NCBI RefSeq assembly: GCF_002571385.2
Contig: NW_019217784.1
Location: forward strand, 242,529-306,528
Origin: Stylophora pistillata
Taxonomy: Eukaryota
Direction of reading: 5' to 3'
DNA length: 64,000 nucleotides
How positions within the stretch are numbered: position 1 is the first letter of the stretch; every line of letters begins with the position of its first letter. The notes beneath the pieces are model-generated. The model was given only the letters and a program-made list of their open reading frames with translations. It made no database searches and had not been told where the DNA came from. Position numbers and translations under genes: made by a program. Shown piece by piece: positions 37,389 through 50,300 of the stretch.

Positions 37389-40300
37389 ATGTATCCAAGA
37401 GTGAAAAGATCAATCTCTGAGAGTGGAAATCCATCGGCGAAAAGACCGCTGTTTCGTTCCTTTTCGTTCTCCGATGCAGCTGGTAATGGAACACAGCGTG
37501 AAACTAACGGCAATTCTAAACAACAACACGGCCACCACACGGCTCACAGCCCAGCGAGAAAGCAGAGATTTAATTTGCCTATTTACACCGGGCGTAATGC
37601 GATAATTGCAGAAGTACGAAGCAAAGAAAACGTGGTAATTGTTGGGGAAACGGGCAGTGGAAAGACAACACAGATTCCTCAATATCTCCACGAGGCACGC
37701 TTGACGAAGCTCGGAGCTATCGCATGCACACAACCAAGGCGCGTGGCGGCGATAAGCATAGCCCAGAGAGTTACTAAGGAGATGCACGTGCAACTGGGGG
37801 AAGAAGTTGGGTATACTGTGCGATTTGAAGACGTTACCACGGCAAAAACATGCGTTAAATACATGACAGATGGAATGTTGCTGAGAGAAGCTATAGGCGA
37901 CCCCATACTTCACAGATACTCGGTTGTTATTTTAGACGAAGCTCACGAGCGAACTGTACACACTGATGTCCTTTTTGGTGTTGTGAAGGCAGCACAGGAG
38001 ATGCGTAAAGAAAAACATCAGAAACCTCTTAAAATTGTTGTTATGTCTGCCACTTTAGAGGCAGAACATTTTTCACGCTATTTCAACAATGCTAAGGTGT
38101 TGTACATCGAAGGACGTCAGCACCCAGTGCAAGTTATGTATGCAGTGGAGCAGCAAAAAGACTATGTGCATGCAGCACTGGTGTCAGTCATGCAACTACA
38201 CCAGGAAATGCCACCAGGGTAAATAACCTGCTAAAGATAATAAAATTAAATGAAAGAAGTCATATTTCATCCAATGGATGATACACAATTGAAGGAATAA
38301 TCCTTGTAAGTGAGCTGCAATCAAAAAATTCAGTTTCATTTAATTTTGGCTGTCGTCAGAATTTTTTCATCCAATTATTTCCAAATTGGACAGCCCAGAT
38401 AACATTGCATCTTGCAATTAATATGTAGTGTACAGTGTAAAAAAAGCCACTTCAGCTTATGTAATTGCTTCCATAGCATAAAAAAGGAGTGACAAAACCA
38501 AACTGCCTCTGATCTAAACTTTTATATTTGTAGTGGAGACATTCTGGTGTTCTTGACTGGACAAGATGAAATTGAATCTTTAGCCAAGTTAGTGACAGAT
38601 TGTGCACAGCATTGTGGAGCAGGTTAGTTGGCTGATTCAGTCCTTAATATGAATTTGCATTGTTTCATTAACAATCTGAGCATAAGTTTTTTGACATTCA
38701 GTTCTGATTCATGAGTATAATTTGTAATTTACCATTTGTGGTGATCTAAAATTTCTTTGTAAATCAGATAACTTAAAGATAACATTCTTCATGAAATACC
38801 TTAGGTAGAAGAAATGTACTGAGTGACCATTATATTAAAACTTATCATTGATTGTGCCAGTAATTCTTTTGCAATTTTAAAAAGCTTTCTGTTTGCAAAC
38901 TTTCCTTGTGCTTTCCTTAACCTATTGGGCTGTTGAGTAAGTAAATATATAGGTTTGTCTGCTTTCTTCACTTTTTTTCGAATCATGTAGATATTTTCCC
39001 CTATTCTTTTTATGCAAAGCATGATCAGGAAATTTTTTTCTCATCAATTGTGATTTCTTAAAATTATTATTCATGAATTGTGATCAGAGATGATGAGATC
39101 TTTCCATGTCCACAAGAACCAACTTTTTTATTAAAATGTGACCCTTGAATTAGCAGCTAAATTACATGTGATTTGTGAATCATTTTGTTTTGCAAGATGA
39201 ATCTTGAGCTATTTTATTGTTCAGAAACTGTATGTATCATTCTTGAACAACTGTGGTTAGATTAACCAGGGTTTTGACTGGGGTTTTGACTGGAGAAGGA
39301 CTTCATGTGGATTGATAGATGTCTCAAAACAGACCCTTATAGGTTCTTGGACAAATAAGATAAAACATTATGTCATCTTTTGTCATGCAAGATTGGTCAA
39401 TAATAGAAAAAGTAAAATATTAATTCAATGTAATTGTCTTGAATTTTACTTGGACATGAAAGAGCTTTTTATTTTATTTGCAATGTGTGAAAAGGCCAAA
39501 CATTTTTATGCCACTAAGTTTTACTAAGGGGTATAGAGGACCCTCTTTCCAGGAGAGTATACTCCTCAATCATTTCCAGGAGCTAAAGGTTTGATAGGGA
39601 AAACTTGACTGATTGTTTTCTCTGTTTGGCTGGAACCAAAATTATTCTTAGTTTGTTTCTTAAATTATAAACGACTGTATTTTTATGGAGTGTTTATCAT
39701 AAATTTCTCTTTTTTTTTTTTCTTAGGATGCCCCGAGGTTCTTGTTTGTCCAATGTTTGCTGCCCTGCCATCTCAGCATCAAATGAAAGTGTTCATTTCA
39801 GCTCCAATTGGTAAAAGAAAAGTTATTCTGGCAACAAATATTGCAGAAACATCAATCACCATTCCAGGAGTCAAATATGTGGTAGATACCGGTTTTGTTA
39901 AGGGAAAAGGTGGGTAAAATCTGTGGTTAACTTTAATGTTGCACTAAACCAACACTAAGATAATTTGGTCAGTTTGCCAATGCTTCTTTGACCCTCTACA
40001 CTCGTACATCAGTATGCATATTCTCCATACTGTTTTCTATACATTTCTTTAGGTGCCGACAAGGAGAATTTGTTTAAGCCCTAAATCTCAGAAGTAATTC
40101 ACTAGTAAAATCTCATTGCAATTCCAATGCATTGTCTTGCAAACAGGATATGAAAGCAGAGAAGCTTGTTTGGCTAGAGGGTGTTATCTTATCTAAAAGT
40201 GGAATTCTCTGGTCTAATTTGCAAGGAAGTGAATGGCAGTCAGTATTTAGAAAAACTAATCAGGGTTTGTGCAGATCCCAGAAACCCTGAAAAGTCTTGG

Positions 40301-42279
40301 AATTTTATTTTAACATTTACCAAGACTGCAAAGTCCTGGAAAACAACTGCAGGTACTGGAAAGTCCTGGAAATCTACTTTAGTCAAGCAATACAGTTTTC
40401 AGAATCTACCTTATACTGTAAGCAATGTATGTGAACTGCAAGAATAATTGATTTTAAAATCTTGGGAATAAGTGTAAACAGTCCTGAGCTTCTTTAGTGT
40501 GTGATCAGTTCCTTTTGTCTCGTGACCTTAAGTGTGATCCAGTGATATTATCAGGTGAAATAAGGAAATAACAAGCTGATTTCTTTTAGGGGTTATAGGT
40601 TGAGTTATAAGGCCATTCAGTGTGAGAGATGACTTTGTTTTTTGGAATGGTAGCAATACTTCTTATTGGTAAGAAACAGATTCACAATCATTGATAATAA
40701 CTTCCCTTTTTATTGTTCTGTTTCCAGCTTTTCATCCTAAGACTGGCCTCGACATACTGCAGGTTCAACCACTCTCCAAGGCTCAGGCACGGCAACGGAC
40801 TGGTCGGGCAGGCCGAGAAACAAGTGGAGTCTGTTACAGACTTTATACAGAGGAACAGTTTGATGAGCTGAAGGAGATGACAATGCCAGAAATCCAACGG
40901 TGTAACTTGACAAGTGTTGTCTTGCAGCTCATGGCCCTTGGTATATCAGATGTTCTGCATTTTGATTTTCTCGATTGTCCTTCACAAGATGCTATAGAAA
41001 ATGCATTGGAGCAGCTGGCAACGTTAGGAGCAGTAATGAAAGGGAACAGTGGCTTTGAGGTAAAATTATTCCAAAGAGTACCAGTAGTTTAAAATTCAGA
41101 GCTACCAAGAGTGGAAGTCCATTTTGCAGATTTTGACTTTGGAGCAGTTTGGAGAAAATTTTGTGAAAATGATAGAGAACAAGGATGTACAAAACAAAAC
41201 AAAGTAAAAAGGAAAACAGAGTGCTCTTTTCTCTCACTGAAAAACACATTGTCTGTGTAAAAATCTTGGTCTCATTAAATTCCGACTATTATTGAAAGTT
41301 TGAGTCATATCAATTTTATTCTTTCTTTTCTTTCTTCTGAATTCCTCTTTGCACACCGGAAAGGCTAAAAAATAGATCACAAGTTGTTCAACTCAGTGGC
41401 TCATCATCCAGTGTCCAGATTGAACAGGAATTTGCTGTTGTTTTACTTTTTGCAAAGGAAGTTAAGACAAAGAAGCTCACATGAGGACCAACAGGACTCG
41501 CATAAGAGTTCAGGTCCATAATGTTAACCAGAATTGTATCATTCCCCCTTCCCTACTGCTATTTTGCATTTAGAACAAATTCCTTAAATTTTTTTTTGCT
41601 CCTTTAGTTAATGCCTCTTGGTCGTAAAATGGCAAATTTTCCACTGGAGCCCCGACTGGCCAAAGTGATTCTGTCATCACAGGAATTAAAATGCAGTGAA
41701 GAGATGATCACCATTGTGGCCTTGCTTTCAGTGGACTCCCTTACTTACACCCCACAAAACAAACGGGACCATGCCCTAGCAGTGCACAAGAAGTTTCTTT
41801 CATCAGAAGGTGACCAAATGACTCTTCTGAATATTTACAGAGCTTACAAAGCTGTCAGTGGCCACAAAGAGTGGTGTCATGAACACTTCATCAACTCACA
41901 GACTGTTAAACGTGTTATGGACATAAGAAAACAACTGAGAGAGATTTGCTTAAGACTGGACATTCCTTTGGTATCTTGTGGCAAGGACACTGTGAACATT
42001 CGGCACTGTCTCGCAAAAGGACTCTTCATGAATGCTGCAGAGCAGCAGCTCGATGGAACATATCTGACCGTGACTCACAGGCAACCTGTCACCATTCATC
42101 CAACATCATCACTGTTTGGTTCTAAGCCACAGTATGTTGTTTACAATGAACTTGTACACACCACAAAGTGTTACATGCGTGATGTATGTGTTGTAGATCC
42201 ATTTTGGCTTCAAGAAGCTGCACCAAATTATTTTAAAGAGCACAGACTCCATTCACAGCCTACATCAGTCCATTCTTAA
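37389..42279 (+). CDS. DHX33: DEAH-box ATP-dependent RNA helicase DHX33; 5 exons: 37389-38218, 38534-38622, 39727-39909, 40728-41059, 41608-42279; about 701 aa
   Basis: [48 protein letters not shown] (DHX33-type), [34 protein letters not shown], followed by HA2/OB-like regions. Phases consistent; total 2106 nt. Confidence 0.9.
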
Positions 42280-42728
42280 TTGACTGAGCTGTAGTCAGAA
42301 ACAAGAATACTTTTTCACTTTGCATTGAATAAGGGAAAAGCCCTAGAATTAACTCTTTAACTCCCATGAGTGATCAAGGCAGAATTTCTCCTCACATATC
42401 AGTACAATATTCACACAAAAAGTAACAAAAATGACCAAATATATCAATAAGGGGATTATTACTCAATCCAATACCAAATTCTTAGAACCAACATCAAAAT
42501 GATTTTTTGGCATAGAGAAAGCAGAATTACTAATGAGATCTTGGGAGTGACTGAGTTACACACTGCAACCTCAACTTCTCCTGGTGTTGCTCAAGGAAAT
42601 TGAAAATAATCTGAAAGGAGATTTCAGCAGTCTATTAGATATTACTAAAGACTATTTCCTATGAAACCCTTCAAAGTAAATTGTTTGCTTCAGAGGTGAT
42701 ATTACAAGGAAAAATTAGAAGCTCATGA

Positions 42729-42948
42729 CTCTCAGGGGCAAAGGAGCTGTACAACAGTAGTCCATGATTTCCATTCCAGGAAACCAATCGTCACTGAAGT
42801 TTCTAATGCTACTAATCCAGCTGTGTACAGATGCTATAACTCTGGGGCAAAGGGGCTGTACAACAGTAGTCTGATTTCCATTCCAGGAAACCAATAGTCA
42901 CCGAAGTTTCTGATGCAACTAATCCAACTGTGTACAGATGCTATAAAA
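42729..42948. repeat. Tandem duplication of about 110 bp between the DHX33 and GNAO 3' ends
   Basis: CTCT..GGGGCAAAGG.GCTGTACAACAGTAGTC..GAAGTTTCT.ATGC.ACTAATCCA.CTGTGTACAGATGCTATAA occurs twice in tandem. Confidence 0.85.
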
Positions 42949-44083
42949 TGTTTCAATTTCTTCTAATATTCCACAAATGAGTTTCTTACACCTAGTTAAT
43001 TGTTAGATAATTGGTTATTGGACAATGTGTCGTACAATTCAAAGGCAGTAATATGCTGGCTATTTAAAATCAATCTTACAAAGTAGTCAAACAATTTGAA
43101 ATTTCTTGCCAAATTACTTCCTGAGTTTAACTCACTTAATTTGATTGCCATAGTTGGTAGACTTGTGGTGCTAATTTAAGAAATGTCATGGAACATTTTC
43201 TTCACCCAGTACTGTTGCAGCTCATTTTGTCCCTGGGCTAGTCTTTAACAACAGTCAACGAACATAAATCAATGTAATTGCTTTTTATAGGCAAAAAGCA
43301 TAATTTAGACGAATGTTAAGGTACCACAAAGACAACTTGAGTACTATACAATCTCTATTTTTCCAGTCTATATTACTCTCATGGGAGCCTCAAAATTGTG
43401 TTCCAAAATGAATTAGTGGTACCAAAGTTAAATGTGCAAGCTATGATAATAATAATTATAGTGGTAATAACTATTGTTGTATCCTACATAGATGACTTTC
43501 ATTCTCAATATTCCACTTTTGTCAGGCCTTTAGCCAAATCAAACACCAACCAGAATGGAAATACATTGATCTTGGGGATGGGTTTAAAAAGCAGGTGGTC
43601 AAGCACTTTTTGTTTAATTTACAGCATGCACTGTGGCATGAATAAAAATTTCAATCAAAAATAAAAAAAAAATTCATATCTTTTGTCATTTTTTTTTCAT
43701 TGTGTGTACGGTAACGAGACGCAGTTGGAAGAGGGTTTTTGACTTCATCTCACAAACGAACCGTAGATTATCATAGAAGTAGAAGTCTACTGTATACGAA
43801 CTTGCAGATAATTTTAAAATCCAGATGCAAAAGTAGTTCTCATCCTGCGAGATGCTTGTTGTCTTCTAGGTTGGAACACGACTGTTTTCCTGTTGTCTTG
43901 TGAATGCTTTATTCTTTTTAAAGAAGGTTATTCTCTTTCAAGTGTAATATGAGTTCCTCTTGTCACAGCAGTTACCACCATCTTTGCAATATTCACACAA
44001 TGATTGTTCCTTTCTGAGTCCCAGCATTCGACGTATTTCCCGTAGCCATGATTCTTAAGAAGTTGACCGCCACACTAATCAGT

Positions 44084-47000
44084 TTAGTATAATCCACACC
44101 CTTTGAGGTTATTTGCAATAATTGTATCAGTAACTGCATTAAATACAAAAGTGATATTGTCCGTGTCTGTCGCACATGTTAGATGAACATATATTTCTTT
44201 TTCATCGTTCAAGTTTTTGGCCTCAAATTGTTTCCTAATGTAGAGGCAGCCAGCTTCATATGTGTTTGGCCCTGCAAGCAAAGACCAACCTGAGAGTAAG
44301 AATGTTAACATGTAGTTTGAACAAAGGGGAAAATATACTCAAGGTTTCCTGACTGCGGTGCAGTGGTGAAACCACTTTTCATTGCCTCTTTTAGAATAAG
44401 GCCCAAATGGTGTTTGTTGTACGTTGTATCCAATGTAATGTGTATGGCCCACTTAGACCTACCCACTGGTGCACAGGGGCCAATCCAAAAATTTTCAATG
44501 CCCAGGTAAGGGGGGGGGGTGGGTGGGTGGGTGGGAAAGAGGTAGGGAGGTGGGAAAAACTTTACTTTAGAAAACTATGAGGTTTTCACAAAGCTAAGGT
44601 CTAAATAAGCTGAGAAATATTTTAAAACTTCTTAATCAAACACAACGAATATATGAAATTCATATATCTGAACTGCTGTTATAGAAACATATTTGTGCAC
44701 GATCCTAGTTCTCTTTACTGCAAGGATCGTGCACAAATAAACTTCTTAATGTTCAATACTTCATAGAACATGGGATGCAATCTTTTTGTGGCAAGAAATT
44801 TGGTGTCTGACAAGTGGCAAAGAAACACAAAGATGTGGTGAGGGGAGGGGGAGTGTCCAGAACCATCTGACCTCCCCATGGGCATCACTGGGAGTAAGAA
44901 AGGAAGAAAGAAGTAAAGCTGGAGAAACTTTTTTTAACAGTTGACTTTTAACCATTAATGGTTACAATTGGTCAGTTTTTATGCTTAATGGCTAAATGTT
45001 TGGGCTGTTTTAGGCTAACAGTGAACCTCATTAAGACCCTCAAGGTAGAGTGTTGTACCACATCTGGCTCATGAACACTCACCACCCAGATCAAGGCCTT
45101 GGTAAAATTATTCCCCAATCTTGAGCCATGCATCAGTATGCATATACTCGCTACTGTCCCCTTTACATTTTATAAGGTGTGCTTATGAGGAAGATTTGTT
45201 GAATATCAATGGCTGCTAGAGTCAGTGATCATTTCCTTTATTCTCTTGACCTTCATGTTTGATTCGGGGGTGATAATGTCAGAAGAATTTTGATGCAAGA
45301 CACCTTTAAGGGTTAAAGGCTAACTTGTGGAACTCCTTTATCACCAAAACAGAAATCTGTGAAATTTTTCTTAATATGTTTGTAAACATAAATCCTACCT
45401 GAATAATCTGGAAAACATATTGTGAGTGGAGAAGTAATTATTTTTTCTTCAAATAAATCCTTTTTGTTAAGGAAGAGTATAACTGAAGTTTCGACGAACC
45501 ATCTGTTGTTCACTATTGACTCAAACAGTTTTAAACTCTCTTCCATTCGGTTCTGAGACAAAGTAAAATGATGATTAGTTGCTATAAAAACTGAGAATCA
45601 TTTGCAGCCCATCAATATTATAACATGGCATTTAATGCCAAAACAACTGTAAGGAAAGGGCTGGTAACAAATATGCCTTTAGAGCAAAAGGATGAGTTGC
45701 ACAAAACTTAGCATTTCAGAGTTTTAACACAATGTTCACTATGCAGGCATAATTCAGTTCAGCCACCAACTCAGTTCAGATAATACACAGTTAAGATCGT
45801 ACACTTATTACACTTTCTAATGACAACCCTGTATATATTTAGCTTTGCCTAATTATCTCAGGCAGGGAGACCACTCCAGCTTTAGCCAATTACAGTGGAT
45901 CCCACTTTAACAATGACAAGGCCACACCCCCCTTCCCCCAATTCCCAGTAAACACGCCAGACCACATCACAGTAATCTCGTGAGTGGGTTCTTTAACACT
46001 CCCTGCTTAACCGAATTAACTAATTAATAGAGACGGGAGACAGGACCTACAATTTAATCGTCCTTATCCAAAAAGACTAGAATGTCTATCCATTTTTTGA
46101 TATTATAGAAAGGTAGCACATTCTCCTCAATTACTTTAAGACCTTGAGTGTTGGTCCAGCCGGGGCTCGAACCCTCCACCTCCCGCACAACAATCCAGCA
46201 CTCTAACCAACTGAGCTAACTGGGAGGCAGTTGCCTCAATCCTACTAAAGAAAACTATCACAGGTGGTCTAATTTCCCCACTCTTAATTACTTCTACATT
46301 GGCGGGCCGAGGAACATTAACTTACTGTAGTTTCATCTTCTTGCAGTGTCAAGTCGTATGCACTCAATGCGACACAGTATATTATAGCTGTAACATCTTC
46401 AAAGCAATGAATCCATTTTTTACGCTCAGATCTCTGCCCTCCTACATCAAACAATCTGCAAACAAGAGCCAAGAATATATGTTATATCCCACTGCAAAAT
46501 ATTATTTGAAAAAATAAAGAGCCCTTCCATAAAATTCAAAGGTCTGCTACTTACTTGAAATGCAGCCTCTTGAAATCAAACTGGATTTCAACAATGCCTG
46601 TGGTTTTCACCCTTGTCCGTAAGAGATCCTGTGCTGTGGGTTCATAATTTTCTGCACCAATTCTTTCTATTGCATCTAAATAACTAGAAAAAATATTAAA
46701 AAAAAAAGAATGCAATCTGATACAACCAAAACACCACACTACTTAGGGAGAGATCTAAGGTTTTATAATTGTGTCACAGAACTTTATAAAATTAGCCACC
46801 ATAGAGAGTTTCTAAAGCAGACATTTCAACTGAGAGGAGAGAGTGCTGGGATTTCATTTGCTGTTAATGCAGTTTGTGGTTGTTATTATGATGCAGTATA
46901 CTCGTTTGGATGCTAGTGAGCTAAGCAAGACAGGGCGAAAATTCGTAGCCTATCTGCATGACTGGACTGTTAACTATAATAATATCTAATACTACTTAAA

Positions 47001-47246
47001 TATAAATGATCAATATAAAACGATAAAAGTGTCAATTGGCCCAATACTAAGATGTTTTTTTTTTTAAATGTTCATGATTTACTGTATGGTTCTTAAAATA
47101 TCCTTGACTTAAAATGTTCATAAAATCCTGTTCATAAAAACCAAATCATAATGTCCTTAAAATTCTTACGCTGTAACCAGTTTAAATGTTCTTGCAATGA
47201 TCAAAGTGCTACTTAATACAGCTAAATTTAATACAGCTAATTTAGG

Positions 47247-47327
<81 letters not shown>

Positions 47328-50300
47328 CATCATTTTTCAGAAATTGGTTTGCAAAAAGATAAGGTTTTCAGATCTGGCATCTGATTTGTGTTTATTTTCT
47401 GGTTTCTATTCAACAATTACGAGCCTTGGCTGAGGAAAACAAACCAAGATTCTCCTACCTAAGATCATCCTGACCACATGTTTATTATTCAAAGAAATAC
47501 ATGACCTAGCGGAGAATTTTTTTTGTCCAAGAGAGCATGCATTACAAATTATGCCAGGATTGTTGACCTTGCTCTGAGGAGCAATATGAGCAGGCTGTGA
47601 AATATGGCTGCAACCCAGTTTGCAACAGAAGAGGGTCTATGATTGTGTTACAAAGGATTATCACTTTTCATCAAAATTCCTTGCCGTTTTAAGTTTTGGT
47701 TATTTATATTGTGCTGTTTTGCAGTTTCTTACATATGATTCCCTGCCGGTGAATCCAGTATCTTCCAATTCAAAACCCACACAAGTATTAATGTACTAAG
47801 ACCAGAACTATTTCTTGTTTTGAAAATTGATGAGGATCTGATTACACTGTTCCTTTTATGCTACTTTTGCTTTGGACTTTGTCAATTATTGCTATTTATT
47901 GGCCCGGATTTTTCACAATGAAATTTTATCAACCATATTCAAATTGTTCAACAAAACTTGCTCCTGATGAATCATCATTGGAATGTGCAAGTATTACCTA
48001 AAATTTATCTCTGCTTGTTGATATAGGTACCATAAACTGGTCTCAGTCAGTCTATGCTACCATATCACCATAGAATATTTATCTGATCTACCTTAAGTCT
48101 CAATCTTTCTAAATCAAGTCTAAGCAAAGAAAATTAATTACGAAAGAAGGAATAAAACACCAAGAAAAGAGAGTCTGAATAACTTAAAAAAATAAGTTAC
48201 TTTACATGGACAGGGATTACTTAACCAAGAAATTGAACATTTTTAGACAGACAATCTGATCAATGCATTATTGACATTCCAATGTCTTCCAGAATACACA
48301 ACAAAACCTTATCTGACTAATGCAACTTTCTTTGTCAGCAAAATTTGCTGTTTAAATGATGCATAACAATGAGAATGACGTAAAGTAACAAAGAGAAGCC
48401 ATATTGGATTCAGCCATGTATAGGAAACTGGGGATGAGAGTTAAACCTCCGGAAAATTCAATTTAGCCAACATCCTTATGCTCATTACTTGTCCAATGAC
48501 AGAAAATAAAAGAGGCAACTGCATATCTGTATTATGGAAGAAACAGGCAAACACAGAAGACATAGAGAGCTTGAAACGGCATAAACAAGGAATTTTGATG
48601 AGAACTTATCTATGGCATGTACGTAGGCCGAAAAGGGACAATCTAAAAGCATTTTTCAAATCCCAAAAAATATTTCAAATCGCAATATTTATTTTAAACT
48701 TACTGTTGAAAAGTTTGACAAATCCAAAGATATTTTGCAAATCAAAAAAAAAATATTTAGAAATCCAAAAAATTTTTTACAAAATCCAAAAATATTTTGT
48801 GAATCCAAAAAAATATTTTGAAATCCAAAAATAGTTTTTTCGAAATCCGAAAATATTTTGCAAATCCAAAAATATATTTTGAAATCCAAAAAAAAATTTG
48901 TGTTAAATGGGAACACTAAGAACTGTAGTACGATCGAATCAGCGCACGTGGCGCAAGCTGAAAGCAATCAAGACAACGTAACGATCGAGACAGTGAAAAA
49001 AATAGCTGTACATCTACAAAGGGGAACGATTGAAAAAAGACGCAATCCCTGATGTGCGTACTCATTTTAAACAAACTGAGACATCTCAGTATACACACTA
49101 CAGTTCCTGTCACCCACAAGGATTTCAAACAGACTTCATAAAAGGCGAGTCCCTTAGACTTCTTAGAACAAACTCCTCTCAAACAATATTTGAGAAAATT
49201 ACAAATGAAGCGCATTTGCTAAAGAGAGGCTACCGAGAGGACCTCATTAGCACAACCCTCTCAGATGTGAATTAAAAAAACAGGAAATTAGCTCTTCAAC
49301 AGAAACAAAAGACGAACCAACGAATCTTGCCTTTTGTGTCACACAATACCAACCATCAGTGCCAAACCTAAAGCAAATTCTCATGAGACACTGGCATTTA
49401 ATAGAAACACAACCACTACTCAACGAAATATACAAAAATCCGTTTCTCGTATCTTACAAAAGAGGACGGTCGCCCAAAGACATACTCAGTGGGGCCAAAC
49501 TTTGAATAGGCTACTCTAAACACGCGCTGGGGAGTTGTGTAGGCCTGTCAACCCCATTTTACAACAATTTCTCCTCTAACTATTTCCCGAACAGTGTGTT
49601 CTGAATGAAGGTGGTTTCTTCTTTGAAACCCATAGTGACGTAGCCTTCTCTCAAAAGTCCTCACGTTCATTGAAATCCCATGGTATTCTGCTAGAAAGTG
49701 AACAATGGTTTCGTAACGAAATCCCTTATTAAAGTAATGTTCTATAGCCAATCTTTCGTCTCCCGAGCAGGACAACACACTTTCCTCTTCATGCCATTTT
49801 AGTGTTACACAGGAATGGCAGAATGTTTCATTCTTCCCACATTCTCTTCCACATTTATGACAGAACATGTTCTATCCTCGTTCCTTCACCATTTTGTATG
49901 CGGGATGATGCGGGATATGGCAAGAAAACGCCGGTGCATGCTGGGTGACTGCTGGCGCAAATAGCACGTGACAAAATATTTGTTTGGATTTGCAAAATAT
50001 TTTCGGATTTTGAAAAATTTTTTTTGCTTTTCAAAAAATATTTTTGGATTCGCAAAATATTTTCGGATTTTAAAAAAAATTTTTGGGATTTCTAAGTATT
50101 TTTTTGGATTTGCAAAATATCTTTGGATTTGTCACATATTTCGACAGTAAGTTAAACATAAATATTGCGATTTGAAATATTTTTCGGGATTTGAAAAATA
50201 TTTTTGGAGTGTCCCTTTTCGGCTTCCATAGGCATCAGGTACAGATAAAAATTGGAGGTAAAAAAACAACTTATAAACAACTGAAAGCAAAACTTTCCTA

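Noticed and set aside
44510-44554. G-quadruplex-forming G-run in GNAO intron 7
   Set aside because: Simple (GGGT)n low-complexity tract with no further evidence of function.
44084-45552. Duplicated mutually exclusive exons 7/8 as in vertebrate GNAO1 (Go1/Go2)
   Set aside because: Only one copy of each exon was found between exon 6 and DHX33.
47197-47433. Poly-Ile ORF
   Set aside because: (ATT)n microsatellite.
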